From: an uncultured Alphaproteobacteria bacterium
GTDB taxonomy: Bacteria; Pseudomonadota; Alphaproteobacteria; Rs-D84
Direction of reading: 5' to 3'
Assembly: GCA_947367055.1 (NCBI GenBank)
Contig: CANBCI010000003.1
Span: 24,175 to 88,174, forward strand
DNA length: 64,000 nucleotides
In this document: positions 33,267 through 42,773 of the stretch, piece by piece
How positions within the stretch are numbered: the stretch's first letter is position 1
How the letters are laid out: every line of letters starts with the position of its first letter
The notes under the pieces: generated by a model
Databases searched by the model: none
The model's input: only the letters and a program-made list of their open reading frames with translations
Told to the model about the DNA's origin: nothing
Translations under genes and position numbers: made by a program

Positions 33267-33827
33267 TTAAACGGACATAATGTCGTTTTCTTTTTGCTTT
33301 GCCAATGCGTCAACTTCCGCCGCACGCGCATCAAAGACCTTTTGAATGTCGTCTTCAAATTTGCGCTGATCATCTTCGGAAATTTCCTTGTCCGTGACGG
33401 CGCGCTTGATTTTGCCCATTGCATCCTGGCGAATATTGCGCATGGAAATCTTGGCTTCTTCGGCGTATTTGCCCGATACCTTGACCAATTCCTTGCGGCG
33501 TTCTTCGGTAAGCGGCGGCAGATTCAAACGAATAACACCGCCGGCCGTCATCGGATTCAAGCCCAGCCCCGAATCACGGATTGCCTTTTCCACGGCGGCG
33601 GCGTTGGATGCGTCCCATACCGTCACAGACAATGTCTGGTTGTCGGGTGCGGAAACCGTCGCCACCTGGTTCAGGGGCATATCCGCGCCATAAACCGGCA
33701 CGCGCACCCCGTCCAGCAAATGCACGGACGCACGTCCCGTGCGTAACCCGGCGAATTCATTTTTCAAAACTTCAATTGTTTGCAGTGTTTTTTGTTCGAC
33801 TTCGGCCTTTAAGGCTTGATAATCCAT
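33267..33827 (-). CDS. frr: ribosome recycling factor
   Basis: Full-length RRF similarity (LRTGRASVHLLDGVRVPVYG...). Confidence 0.9.
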   Translation of the reverse strand: MDYQALKAEVEQKTLQTIEVLKNEFAGLRTGRASVHLLDGVRVPVYGADMPLNQVATVSAPDNQTLSVTVWDASNAAAVEKAIRDSGLGLNPMTAGGVIRLNLPPLTEERRKELVKVSGKYAEEAKISMRNIRQDAMGKIKRAVTDKEISEDDQRKFEDDIQKVFDARAAEVDALAKQKENDIMSV

Positions 33828-33907
33828 ATTGGTCTCCTTAATTTAAAAAAAGATTAGCAAATTGATTTGACATTTGGCAAGAAGAAATATAGAATACAAT
33901 TCCGCAT

Positions 33908-33983
33908 GGGGTTGTAGCTCAGTTGGTAGAGCACTTGCATGGCATGCAAGGGGTCGTCGGTTCGAGTCCGATCAGCTCCACCA
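33908..33983 (+). tRNA. tRNA-Ala (GGC)
   Basis: Cloverleaf folded by hand: acceptor GGGGTTG/CAGCTCC with the G3:U70 Ala identity pair, anticodon loop ATGGCAT, T-loop TTCGAGT, CCA encoded. Confidence 0.8.
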
Positions 33984-33995
33984 AGAATGCAGTAT

Positions 33996-34073
33996 GGCGG
34001 GTGTAGCTCAGTTGGTTAGAGCACCGGTTTGTGGTACCGGTTGTCGCCGGTTCGAATCCGGTCACCCGCCCCA
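33996..34073 (+). tRNA. tRNA-His (GTG)
   Basis: G-1 extra nucleotide pairing with C73, anticodon loop TTGTGGT, T-loop TTCGAAT, CCA encoded. Confidence 0.8.
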
Positions 34074-34077
34074 TTAA
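34055..34077. repeat. attL-like: tRNA-His 3' end (23 bp) direct repeat copy 1
   Basis: AATCCGGTCACCCGCCCCATTAA. Confidence 0.7.
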
Positions 34078-34085
34078 AATGAAAA

Positions 34086-34108
34086 GACCACCGCAAGGTG
34101 GTGTTTTT
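34086..34108 (+). terminator. terminator after tRNA pair
   Basis: GACCACCGCAAGGTGGTG hairpin followed by TTTTT. Confidence 0.6.
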
Positions 34109-34233
34109 ATTTTAATCGCGATGTGTATTGGGTTCGAACCGGCCGGTTCGTGTGCGAAGTTGGCGAGAACAAGCATTGCGCAGTTCAAGCCTTACGAGCC
34201 GAAAGGGGCCCATCGCGAAGCGATGGGAATTAC

Positions 34234-34256
34234 AATCCGGTCACCCGCCCCATTAA
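34234..34256. repeat. 23-bp perfect direct repeat of tRNA-His 3' end (copy 2) within a tRNA-like fragment
   Basis: Identical 23-mer preceded by a GGTTCGAA T-loop-like fragment and followed by a terminator-like hairpin (GCCGCCGTTTGGCGGATTTTTT). Confidence 0.7.
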
Positions 34257-34346
34257 GAAAGCCGCCGTTTGGCGGATTTTTTAATGGGTGTGTGGCACCG
34301 TGATGAGATGCGTCCCAATACACAATCCGACCACAATCATAAAAAA

Positions 34347-34376
34347 CTTGAAAAACAAGGATTTTTGTACTATAAT
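34347..34376 (+). promoter_or_regulatory. consensus sigma70-type promoter
   Basis: TTGAAA, 17-bp spacer, TATAAT. Confidence 0.5.
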
Positions 34377-34505
34377 AAAAGCACAATTAAAACCACCGTT
34401 TTTTCGGTGGTATTTTTTACAAGCCAAACCACGCATGGTTCTCCTGATTTTATTTGCACAATTTAAACGGTCGTTTTTATAAAAAATAAAAACAGGAGAA
34501 TAACT

Positions 34506-35657
34506 ATGGAAAATTATCTTAATATGAAAGGCATTATCGATACATTGGCCTCAAATGAATTGAATAAAGACACAAATTTTTCCGGATTCAAAAATATTAA
34601 AGAAAATGGTTTTAATGCGCCTAATGGCATTGATCCTAAAACTTATTATAACAATGAAACAAACAATCTTATTAACATGATTGAACGGGCACGTGAAGAT
34701 GACTCGGATGAAGCAAAAAAATTTTTACAAAATGCCGACTTTATTGGAAAAATATTTGCCGGTGATATTAAAAGCCTGAGCCATATTTCATTATTGGAAA
34801 AAGTTATAGACTCTAAGGCTTTACTTATAAAAGTATTCACTTTTTTAGCATACAGACAATTGCCTAATGAAACAAAATATTATTTGTTAGTAACATTGGC
34901 CAATAATTATGTAACTATAATGCAAGGCGCGGACGCTACGCGCAGATTAGTAAATTTTCTAGTCAACAATGAAATATCGCTAGGTATGCAATCGGAAAAC
35001 GGGCTGACCTATCCCACAAAGGATCAGGTTATACGGATGATTTCCGATTACTTTAATCAAAAACTTGATGCATATTCAAACTATACCAAACAGGAAATAA
35101 GTTGGGATACAACAAGCCAACTTATGAATGACCTTAAGTGGGCATTAAATACTCTTGAAGAAAATTTTAATAAACCAGAATTATTAAATGAGATGAAAAA
35201 AACATATAATGCAGTGTTTAATGCCTCTAATACCAATTATATACCTTATAGGGGGTCATTAGAGCATGACATAGTAGATGCCAGGGAAAAAATAAGAAAC
35301 CTGGAAACAGAACTCAAAAACCAAAAAAGCTTGAAACTTGAGCTAGAAGATAAAATTAAGGGATTAGAAAAAAGTGTGGAATTAAAGACAAAAGAAAAGA
35401 ACAATTATGAAATTGACAACAAGAATTTGACAAAAGCTCTAAACGAACAACGTGGTGAAAATTTTATGCTGAAACAGGCATTGGAAAAAGAACAGCTTAA
35501 GACAAACAAGGCGGAAAATACGGCAACCAAAACACAGGAAAAACTGCAAAAACTAATCCAAGGGGTCGAAAATGTAAAATCCGGCCTGGGCAGTCGCGGC
35601 GTCAATAAATATAAAAAAATGGTTACACAAATCGCTGCACAAACAAAGGAAAAATAA
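34506..35657 (+). CDS. hypothetical protein with C-terminal coiled coil (effector-like)
   Basis: AT-rich, Asn/Lys-rich, long heptad-like C-terminal region (LETELKNQKSLKLELEDKIKGLEKSVELKTKEKNN...). RBS AGGAGAA. Confidence 0.6.
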   Translation: MENYLNMKGIIDTLASNELNKDTNFSGFKNIKENGFNAPNGIDPKTYYNNETNNLINMIERAREDDSDEAKKFLQNADFIGKIFAGDIKSLSHISLLEKVIDSKALLIKVFTFLAYRQLPNETKYYLLVTLANNYVTIMQGADATRRLVNFLVNNEISLGMQSENGLTYPTKDQVIRMISDYFNQKLDAYSNYTKQEISWDTTSQLMNDLKWALNTLEENFNKPELLNEMKKTYNAVFNASNTNYIPYRGSLEHDIVDAREKIRNLETELKNQKSLKLELEDKIKGLEKSVELKTKEKNNYEIDNKNLTKALNEQRGENFMLKQALEKEQLKTNKAENTATKTQEKLQKLIQGVENVKSGLGSRGVNKYKKMVTQIAAQTKEK

Positions 35658-35660
35658 CCT

Positions 35661-35690
35661 AACGCCCCAAACGGGGCGTTTCATTTGTTT
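35661..35690 (+). terminator. Rho-independent terminator
   Basis: AACGCCCCAAACGGGGCGTT followed by a T-run. Confidence 0.6.
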
Positions 35691-36090
35691 TAATACAATT
35701 TTTTCCTTTACTATTCAATATGCTTTACCTATAATCCAAATCGGATTTCAAACGGAAATTTGAAATTCGGGACTTAGAAACTCTAAAAAAAATCGATGTA
35801 AAAGCATCGTTAATCGCATGGCGGTAAAAATTTACCGCATGCCCCGACATCTTTGTCGGGTTGTTGTTAAGCGCATATATTTTATGCGTATGGCAATGGT
35901 ACACCTTGCCCCAAAGTTGCTAAATTCCCGACTGTCAAATAATGTTTGACGGTTTCTTTTTTTCCCGTAACGAAATCCGCACAAAATTAACACCGGACGG
36001 ATGCGCATGTCATATCCAAAGCATGCGAAATTAGGAAAACCGTTTTCTGATTGTTTGAACATCCGTCCAAAAGTATAAGGACAAACCACA

Positions 36091-36945
36091 ATGCGACCGC
36101 CCAAGGTATCGGTACTGACGCCAATATATAACACAAATCCGGAACATCTGCGCGAATGTATTGAATCCATATTGAACCAGACCTTTACGGATTTTGAGTT
36201 TCTGATACTGAACGACAGCCCAGATAACACGGAATTGGACAAGATTGTCGCATCATATGACGACAAACGCATCAAGTATATCAAGAATGAACGCAATATG
36301 GGCATCAGCGCGTCACGCAACAGGCTGCTGGAATTGGCGCGTGGGCAATACCTGGCGATATTTGATCATGACGACATATCAATGCCGACCCGCCTGGAAA
36401 AAGAGGCCGCATACCTGGATGCCAACCCCGATGTCGGTGTGGTTTCCGGCTTTATGGAATATTTTGACGGGGATACGACCCAATCAATCTGGAAAAATCC
36501 TGAACACGATTTGGATATAAAAATAATGATGTCATACGACTGCTGTGTTGCGCACAGCGCGTCAATGATACGCAAATCGGTTTTGGTCAATAACAATATA
36601 AAATACGAAGAATACTATTCCCCGTCCGAAGATTACAAGTTATGGGCGCGTTTAATGGGCGTTACGCATTTTTACAACATACAGGACATAGTTGTTCGTT
36701 ACCGTAATCATGACGCGCGAACCAGTGTCACCAGATGCGATTTAATGACCCGTCAGTGGAAAACAATATCATTAGAAATATGCAACCAGTTTCCGGTATA
36801 TCGCATAGCGCACATGCATCTGGATAAAAACGGCACGACGACGTTTCGGCTGCGTCTATTTGGGAAAATACCTTTGATAAAAGTGAAAAACAACTGGGTT
36901 CAACTGTTTGAATGCATTCCGATATTCAAGATTAAGTGGAATTAA
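36091..36945 (+). CDS. family 2 glycosyltransferase
   Basis: VSVLTPIYN...LRECIESILNQTFTDFEFLILNDSPDN plus DHDD, the GT-A DxD region. Confidence 0.8.
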   Translation: MRPPKVSVLTPIYNTNPEHLRECIESILNQTFTDFEFLILNDSPDNTELDKIVASYDDKRIKYIKNERNMGISASRNRLLELARGQYLAIFDHDDISMPTRLEKEAAYLDANPDVGVVSGFMEYFDGDTTQSIWKNPEHDLDIKIMMSYDCCVAHSASMIRKSVLVNNNIKYEEYYSPSEDYKLWARLMGVTHFYNIQDIVVRYRNHDARTSVTRCDLMTRQWKTISLEICNQFPVYRIAHMHLDKNGTTTFRLRLFGKIPLIKVKNNWVQLFECIPIFKIKWN

Positions 36946-36957
36946 AAGGGACAAATC

Positions 36958-37866
36958 ATGCAAACTGATAAAAAAAGACTGTTTATATTCGCATCTTATG
37001 ACAAGGATAATATTGTTGATGATGCGCTGATGTATTATTTGCAATCATTGTCAAATCTGGGTGACATTGTGTTCACAATGGATAACGAACTGTCGGATAC
37101 CGAACTATATAAAGTGCAAAACATCCCGAACATGCTGCACGCAACGGCGCTGCGCCATGGTGAATATGACTTCGGCTCATACAAACGCGGTTATCAATGG
37201 GCGCGCGAAAATAAAATTCTGGATAAATACGATTGGGTATATTTTGTAAACGATTCCGTATTTGGCCCAATGTTTGATTTGGGGCCGGTTCTTGAAAAAA
37301 TGGAACAAAAAAACGCGGGCAACGCATTCGGCATGATCGGATTGCATAGCGCAAAAGATGAAATATCCAAATATCCGGATCATGTGCAGTCTTGGTTTGT
37401 GGGAATCGTGGCGCCAATTTGCAACGCGCAATGGTTCACAGAATTTATGAATCAAATAACGCGCCAAGAAACAAAGGCGCAAATTGTATGGAAATATGAA
37501 GTGGGACTTAGTCAGTTATTGGTCTCGCACGGGATAAAATTGGGACGCTTTGAAGAAAAGGTCAGCGGCTTAAAAATATATGACGGGTATATTTTGGGGT
37601 TGCCATTTGTAAAAAAACTGGCGCTTAATAACGTAAAATATAAAACGTTGAAAAAATACAGTTCGGTTGGGATATTCAGTCCAATGATAGAAAGCATCAA
37701 CCGTTTGGATTTGCAAAAATCACAATTTAAGCAATTATGGAAAATAAAATTATTTAACAAAATAACAATGCTAATGATGGAATGCCGCGATGACGGCAGT
37801 GAATATCGTCTGTGGATATTCAAAATTATTCCTATTCGTTTTTTAAGATACAAGGATAAAAGATGA
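36958..37866 (+). CDS. putative glycan-synthesis protein (RgpF/rhamnan-synthesis-like, tentative)
   Basis: Operon context between the GT2 and the acetyltransferase genes. Weak recollection of RgpF-like motifs. Confidence 0.45.
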   Translation: MQTDKKRLFIFASYDKDNIVDDALMYYLQSLSNLGDIVFTMDNELSDTELYKVQNIPNMLHATALRHGEYDFGSYKRGYQWARENKILDKYDWVYFVNDSVFGPMFDLGPVLEKMEQKNAGNAFGMIGLHSAKDEISKYPDHVQSWFVGIVAPICNAQWFTEFMNQITRQETKAQIVWKYEVGLSQLLVSHGIKLGRFEEKVSGLKIYDGYILGLPFVKKLALNNVKYKTLKKYSSVGIFSPMIESINRLDLQKSQFKQLWKIKLFNKITMLMMECRDDGSEYRLWIFKIIPIRFLRYKDKR

Positions 37867-38552
37867 AAAAACTATTAAAGAAAATGTTGCGTCGTCGTAA
37901 AACATATTCATTCGACAAAAGTAATCAAATTTTTCGTGGCAATGCAGTGTGTAACACACGTATCAGACATTTGGATATAAACATAAAAGGAAAAAACAAT
38001 AAGATACATATACACGAACACGCAGGATTTGAAATAAAATGCCATATAGATATATCCGGCGATGGTAATGAAATATTTATCGGCAATTCGTATATAGGGA
38101 ACTTTACAATCATAATCAGAAACGCCGACAATTGCAGATGCACCTGGGGCGACAGAACAACGGCGACCGGTGTTCTTATTGTATTTGCGGAATCAGGAAC
38201 AAACCTGACCATAGGTAACGACTGCATGCTGGCCAATGCAGACATACGTGTTTCAGATGGCCATACAATTTATGACATTAAATCCAATCGTGTACTGAAC
38301 CATTGCACCAATCATGTAGTTATCGGCAATCACTGCTGGATTGGTCAAGGATGTCTATTAACCAAAAATGCCAAACTGTGTGACAATATAATCGTTGGCG
38401 CCCACAGTGTTGTAACCAAAGATTTTAATATTCCATACGTAATTATCGCTGGCCAACCTGCCAAAATTATAAAAACAGGCGTTGGATTTTCCGAAGCAGC
38501 ACCATCTGCCTTTGGCGAGTATTATACACAAGATAAAAGTATTGGGACATAA
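37863..38552 (+). CDS. hexapeptide-repeat (left-handed beta-helix) acyltransferase
   Basis: NHVVIGNHCWIGQGCLLTKNAKLCDNIIVGAHSVV hexapeptide repeats. Confidence 0.75.
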   Translation: MKKLLKKMLRRRKTYSFDKSNQIFRGNAVCNTRIRHLDINIKGKNNKIHIHEHAGFEIKCHIDISGDGNEIFIGNSYIGNFTIIIRNADNCRCTWGDRTTATGVLIVFAESGTNLTIGNDCMLANADIRVSDGHTIYDIKSNRVLNHCTNHVVIGNHCWIGQGCLLTKNAKLCDNIIVGAHSVVTKDFNIPYVIIAGQPAKIIKTGVGFSEAAPSAFGEYYTQDKSIGT

Positions 38553-39656
38553 ATGAATAAAAATGTACTTATAACATTATGGTTTGCAGACGGTTTCCAC
38601 GGCGGGGTCAAATATTCAGCTGAATTGGGGAACCATTTGCATTCTTTGGGGTATACAGTATATCTATGTGGCGTTGTCACAACAGATGAGATGGTCGATT
38701 TTTTTGCACAATACAATGTCCGACTATACAACATTAAAAATTTTCCAACAGATATAAACTTTGATTTGGTATGGGCTCATCATTGGCCTATTATGCCATA
38801 TCTTATCAGAAAAGACATAAAATATCGACGTTTGGTAAATTCTTCCATAAGTCAATTTTTATTGCTGGAACGGTTGCTATCGTTTCATGAGAATGTTGAT
38901 ATGTGCATAACATTGGGCCGCCAGCAAAAGCAGTTGTACATAACAAAATACGGAGTTCCCGCCGATAAGATAGAAGTATTGCCAAACATGGCACCCGATG
39001 AATTTTTTGAATACAATTACTCGTCACACGCTATATTACGCAGTATCGCAATTGTCACAAATCATCCGCCACGCGAAATATTGGATTCGGTCAAAAAATT
39101 AAAACGGCGCGGATTTAATGTCGTTATATATGGCGACTGCAAAGGTGGGCGCCCCGTAAACATAACACCGGAAGTATTGGCCAAACACGATGTAATCATC
39201 ACAATTGGTAAAACAGTTCAATATTCACTGGCAATGGGAATACCGGTATATAACTATGACGTATTTGGCGGTAGCGGATACATAACGCCACAAAATATTG
39301 ACGAAGAAGAATTGCATAATTTTTCAGGTCGCAGTCATCGCACCAAAAAAAGTGCGGCACAAATTGTTGATGAAATAATAAACAATTACGAAATGGCTCA
39401 TAAATTATCGCAACAATTAAAAGTCATTGCAAAAGAACGCTATAGTTTATCCGCCAAAATCAACAACATCTTAAAACGATTGAAATCAAAAAAGCCCGTA
39501 AAACACATTATCGAAAACAACACTAACAGGTTCTTATTTGATTATTGTGAAATGGTGGTTTGCAACGGCACTGCCCATAAATCAAAATATTCAAAAAAAA
39601 CTAATGAAAGCAGCCTTGGGCGTCTGTGGCGACATATTCGTACGCGGAAAATATAA
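38553..39656 (+). CDS. glycosyltransferase (GT-B fold, GT1/GT4-like)
   Basis: Start overlaps the upstream stop (ATAAATG). C-terminal half resembles the GT-B nucleotide-sugar binding domain. Low-confidence family call. Confidence 0.5.
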   Translation: MNKNVLITLWFADGFHGGVKYSAELGNHLHSLGYTVYLCGVVTTDEMVDFFAQYNVRLYNIKNFPTDINFDLVWAHHWPIMPYLIRKDIKYRRLVNSSISQFLLLERLLSFHENVDMCITLGRQQKQLYITKYGVPADKIEVLPNMAPDEFFEYNYSSHAILRSIAIVTNHPPREILDSVKKLKRRGFNVVIYGDCKGGRPVNITPEVLAKHDVIITIGKTVQYSLAMGIPVYNYDVFGGSGYITPQNIDEEELHNFSGRSHRTKKSAAQIVDEIINNYEMAHKLSQQLKVIAKERYSLSAKINNILKRLKSKKPVKHIIENNTNRFLFDYCEMVVCNGTAHKSKYSKKTNESSLGRLWRHIRTRKI

Positions 39657-39685
39657 AGACCCTGCAAACGCAGGGTACTTAATAT

Positions 39686-40198
39686 TCATGCGGCAAGTCC
39701 GCAAACACGCCAATACTTTACACTGCCATTGGCATTGCTGGATTGGCATGAAGCGTTCAAAATATTGCCCTGCACGGTAAAGGCGGTTGATGTTCTGTTG
39801 CGAAATGCAAACAGGTTTATATTATTGTTTGCCGTTTGACATTCGCCGCATAAAAACACATGGTAATTTGCATCCGACATTTCAATCGGCATTGTTATCG
39901 TCTGGGCGCTGGTGCGTCCACCTTGTTCCACCCAGCCGGATTTATATTTCCGGTACCATGTGTATTCATTATCCGACGTGGGCGTTTGCCATTCAACCAC
40001 ATAATCTATATCGGCCGGCAATGTGCCGCCCCCGGCTGGCAATGCATCCGCACGCGCCAATGCAATGCCGCCCGGCGTCGCACCGTCGTGTACCCGCAGC
40101 GTCTTGCCGGTTGTATCATAGGTCACCTCGCCTTCTAGGCCGGTGAATTCTTTGTGTTCGTCAGCGTTGCCACGACGAATCTGAATCGCTCTGGACAT
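39686..40198 (-). CDS. phage tail fibre N-terminal domain protein
   Basis: MSRAIQIRRGNADEHKEFTGLEGEVTYDTTGKTLRVHDGATPGG matches the conserved tail-fibre/tropism-determinant N-terminal motif. RBS AAGGAAGGAG. Confidence 0.6.
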   Translation of the reverse strand: MSRAIQIRRGNADEHKEFTGLEGEVTYDTTGKTLRVHDGATPGGIALARADALPAGGGTLPADIDYVVEWQTPTSDNEYTWYRKYKSGWVEQGGRTSAQTITMPIEMSDANYHVFLCGECQTANNNINLFAFRNRTSTAFTVQGNILNASCQSSNANGSVKYWRVCGLAA

Positions 40199-40260
40199 TT
40201 TTCTCCTTCCTTTTGCCCAGTTTTCCGATTGTTTGAAACTGCATAAAAAATTGCGGCGGC

Positions 40261-40530
40261 CTATTTCATGACCGCCGTCTTGATAAGCGTGACATCTTCT
40301 TTTATTCCGTCGATTTTCGACTGCAACTGGCCGATGCCGGTTTCCAGTATCGTCGTCCGCGTTTCCAGTGCGGCTATACGGTTGTCGGCGCGTTCCAGTT
40401 CCGCCAGTGACGAATCCTGGCGCGCGACCCAGTAAATCAGCCCCGCAACAAAGGCAATCAAAAACCAACTGTCGCGCAGGAAATCAACCACGCCCATAAA
40501 ATTTTGTTCATTTGACATTATGTTCTGCAA
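40261..40530 (-). CDS. phage membrane protein with coiled coil (hypothetical)
   Basis: One TM (WFLIAFVAGLIYWV) plus a coiled coil. Confidence 0.4.
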   Translation of the reverse strand: MQNIMSNEQNFMGVVDFLRDSWFLIAFVAGLIYWVARQDSSLAELERADNRIAALETRTTILETGIGQLQSKIDGIKEDVTLIKTAVMK

Positions 40531-40571
40531 AACGCGCCGCCGATACGTATATAACCGGCGGCGCGAAAAAA

Positions 40572-40763
40572 TTACTTGCCCCTCTCTATTAAATGCTCAA
40601 TTTGGTGAACCAGGGCGCGTTGCGCTTCCAGGCCGCGCAATTCCGCATCCGACGCACCCGGCCCCAGAACACGTTCAATTGTTATGCGGCGCAAATGCTG
40701 CATAACCGCCGCGCCCGCCGCCGTCGCAAAGGCCCGGGCAAAATTTTGTTCTATATCCCGCAT
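40572..40763 (-). CDS. hypothetical small protein
   Basis: 63-aa ORF between phage genes. Confidence 0.3.
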   Translation of the reverse strand: MRDIEQNFARAFATAAGAAVMQHLRRITIERVLGPGASDAELRGLEAQRALVHQIEHLIERGK

Positions 40764-40778
40764 TTAGTTTCCTCCTGT

Positions 40779-42014
40779 TTACAATACTTGTTGCTCGGCC
40801 GCGGCCATTCGAACAATCGGCGCGACGTATTTCAATTCAGCATCACTGTGCAGAACAATTTTTTCAATTTCGCCACGGCGCGACAATATCTGCAGGCCGC
40901 GATCCACCAACGGTCGAATAAATTCATGCAGCAACCGCCCGTATGTCGCCCCCAATATCCGAACCATATCGGCGTTTCGCGCCAGAATTTCCGTCGCGGT
41001 CATTTCTTTTTCCGACAGCAAGCCCAATCTGTCCGCCAATAATGCATGCCGAATACGTTCGCGCAAATCTTTTAATATCAGTTGCGACACATCAAAGTCC
41101 GCCCCCGACGCCAATGGCGTCAGTCCCGATGACCCGACCGCCTTGGGTATAATTGCGCCCGGTGTCAAATTTATATTAGCCAGGTTGATTACACCGTCAT
41201 CGTCGGCCTGCCATATGCCGGAAACGGCGATTGTCGCATTTTTCAGAACTAGTTCCACTACCTTGTTTGCGGTCTTGATATCCGGCAATGCACGCAACAC
41301 CGGCCCGCGGCCATACATTTCGCCACTGGCGACCGACCAACGGAATATCAAATACGGATTTGTTTCAAACCGCCCGTGCGCAACAATATTGTTTTCAATA
41401 TCGCCGCCGACATCCAACCATGCGGTAAAATCCTGGCCGATCAGGGCTTGGACCAAATTAAGCGGAATCTGCGGGTCTTTTTTTATCGCATCGCGCAGGC
41501 TTGCCGGTGGTGTCCATTCGGGGTATTTTTCCATGACATCCGCGGCCGGCATTGTCGCCGTATGGAACACGGCATCCTTTAATATCGCAATATCCGTCAT
41601 CGGAATTGCGGTAAAGGTGAACGCGGACGCCGCGCCAATCGGGTTTTCTGCCATAAACAGGCACGCCGTACCCAACACAACTAAATCCATATAACACTGA
41701 TGAACAGTCGTATAAAAATTGGAATCATTCAAATTCGCCCGCAACGCGTCCGTTGCCTGGGCGGCATCGGGTGACGCATCACTTTCCGGCATCAGCGATA
41801 TCCACATAGATTCCGGCGGTGTCAGCAACGAATACATTGATGCCGCCAGATTGTCGGCGGCGTCGCTTGCGGTTGCGTCAAACAGCATCGCCACATCATC
41901 GTCGGCCGTCGGCATTGTGTACTTTCGCGCACTGTCCCAGCGGGCAAGCCATGGCGCACGTGCATCCAGCGCGCGTCGATACATCTGTTGCAGATGTTTT
42001 ATGTCATTTGTCAT
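40779..42014 (-). CDS. T7-like head-to-tail connector (portal) protein
   Basis: N-terminus LDARAPWLARWDSARKYTMP resembles T7 gp8 LKNDRAPYETRAQNCAQYTIP. Central E.YGR...TA.EI...PLV blocks also align. Shorter than gp8. Confidence 0.65.
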   Translation of the reverse strand: MTNDIKHLQQMYRRALDARAPWLARWDSARKYTMPTADDDVAMLFDATASDAADNLAASMYSLLTPPESMWISLMPESDASPDAAQATDALRANLNDSNFYTTVHQCYMDLVVLGTACLFMAENPIGAASAFTFTAIPMTDIAILKDAVFHTATMPAADVMEKYPEWTPPASLRDAIKKDPQIPLNLVQALIGQDFTAWLDVGGDIENNIVAHGRFETNPYLIFRWSVASGEMYGRGPVLRALPDIKTANKVVELVLKNATIAVSGIWQADDDGVINLANINLTPGAIIPKAVGSSGLTPLASGADFDVSQLILKDLRERIRHALLADRLGLLSEKEMTATEILARNADMVRILGATYGRLLHEFIRPLVDRGLQILSRRGEIEKIVLHSDAELKYVAPIVRMAAAEQQVL

Positions 42015-42296
42015 ATATTCTCCTTTTTTCTTTGCAAAGAAATGTTGTTTGTATTATGATTCCCATGTCGCCGGGAATTCCGGTGATGGGGTTTGGAAAC
42101 CCGATAATCAGCGTCGCAAACACAACATAACGCAATGCGTCAATTTTGTTATTGCGATGAAAAAATACTCCTGGCACCGGGTCAGGAGGGTTGCGGAATA
42201 TTAAAAATACGCAACACAATTACTGATTAGTTGTTTCCAACCTCCTGACCGTCAAAAAATGACGGTTTTAGTTTGACTAAAACCAGGAGTTTGAAA

Positions 42297-42773
42297 ATGA
42301 AAAAACTGTTATTTATTAGCATAATATTTTTTATGCCAAGTGCCGGATTTGCGCTAGCGGTTGTGGATAGATGTAAAATGTTCTTTTGCATAACAAACCC
42401 GACACGCACCGCCCACTGTGACAGTATTTGCAGCACATGTTCTTCTGGAACAACCACATCAACCACAAACGGTGTCATAACTAAAACGCGAAAAGAACTG
42501 GTATATGACGCATGTCCGACAACAGAAGGCCAAACAATAGATTGCAACTGCGAAACTACATATACTTACTCTTGCGCAGAGGGATATTATGGCACACCGA
42601 ACAATTCGCTGCTCGGGTGCACCAGTTGCGTTAGCGCAACCGGCAACGCAAACGCCACATCAAAAGCGGGCGCAACCGCAATCACTGATTGCTATATACC
42701 AAATGGCACCACCGATACAGACGCCGGCGGCACTTATACGATTACCGGCGGCGACTGCAAATATTCATCATAG
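42297..42773 (+). CDS. secreted Cys-rich, Thr/Ser-rich small protein
   Basis: Signal peptide MKKLLFISIIFFMPSAGFA, 16 Cys. AT-rich pocket inside the phage region. RBS GGAG. Confidence 0.55.
   Translation: MKKLLFISIIFFMPSAGFALAVVDRCKMFFCITNPTRTAHCDSICSTCSSGTTTSTTNGVITKTRKELVYDACPTTEGQTIDCNCETTYTYSCAEGYYGTPNNSLLGCTSCVSATGNANATSKAGATAITDCYIPNGTTDTDAGGTYTITGGDCKYSS

Noticed and set aside
34120-34260. Possible third tRNA gene
   Set aside because: Only the T-arm and acceptor 3' half are recognisable and no complete cloverleaf can be folded. It is interpreted as an att-site duplicate or tRNA pseudo-fragment.
35832-36320. 162-aa minus-strand ORF
   Set aside because: It overlaps the N-terminal half of the GT2 glycosyltransferase on the opposite strand and has no domain signal. 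It is likely a spurious antisense ORF.
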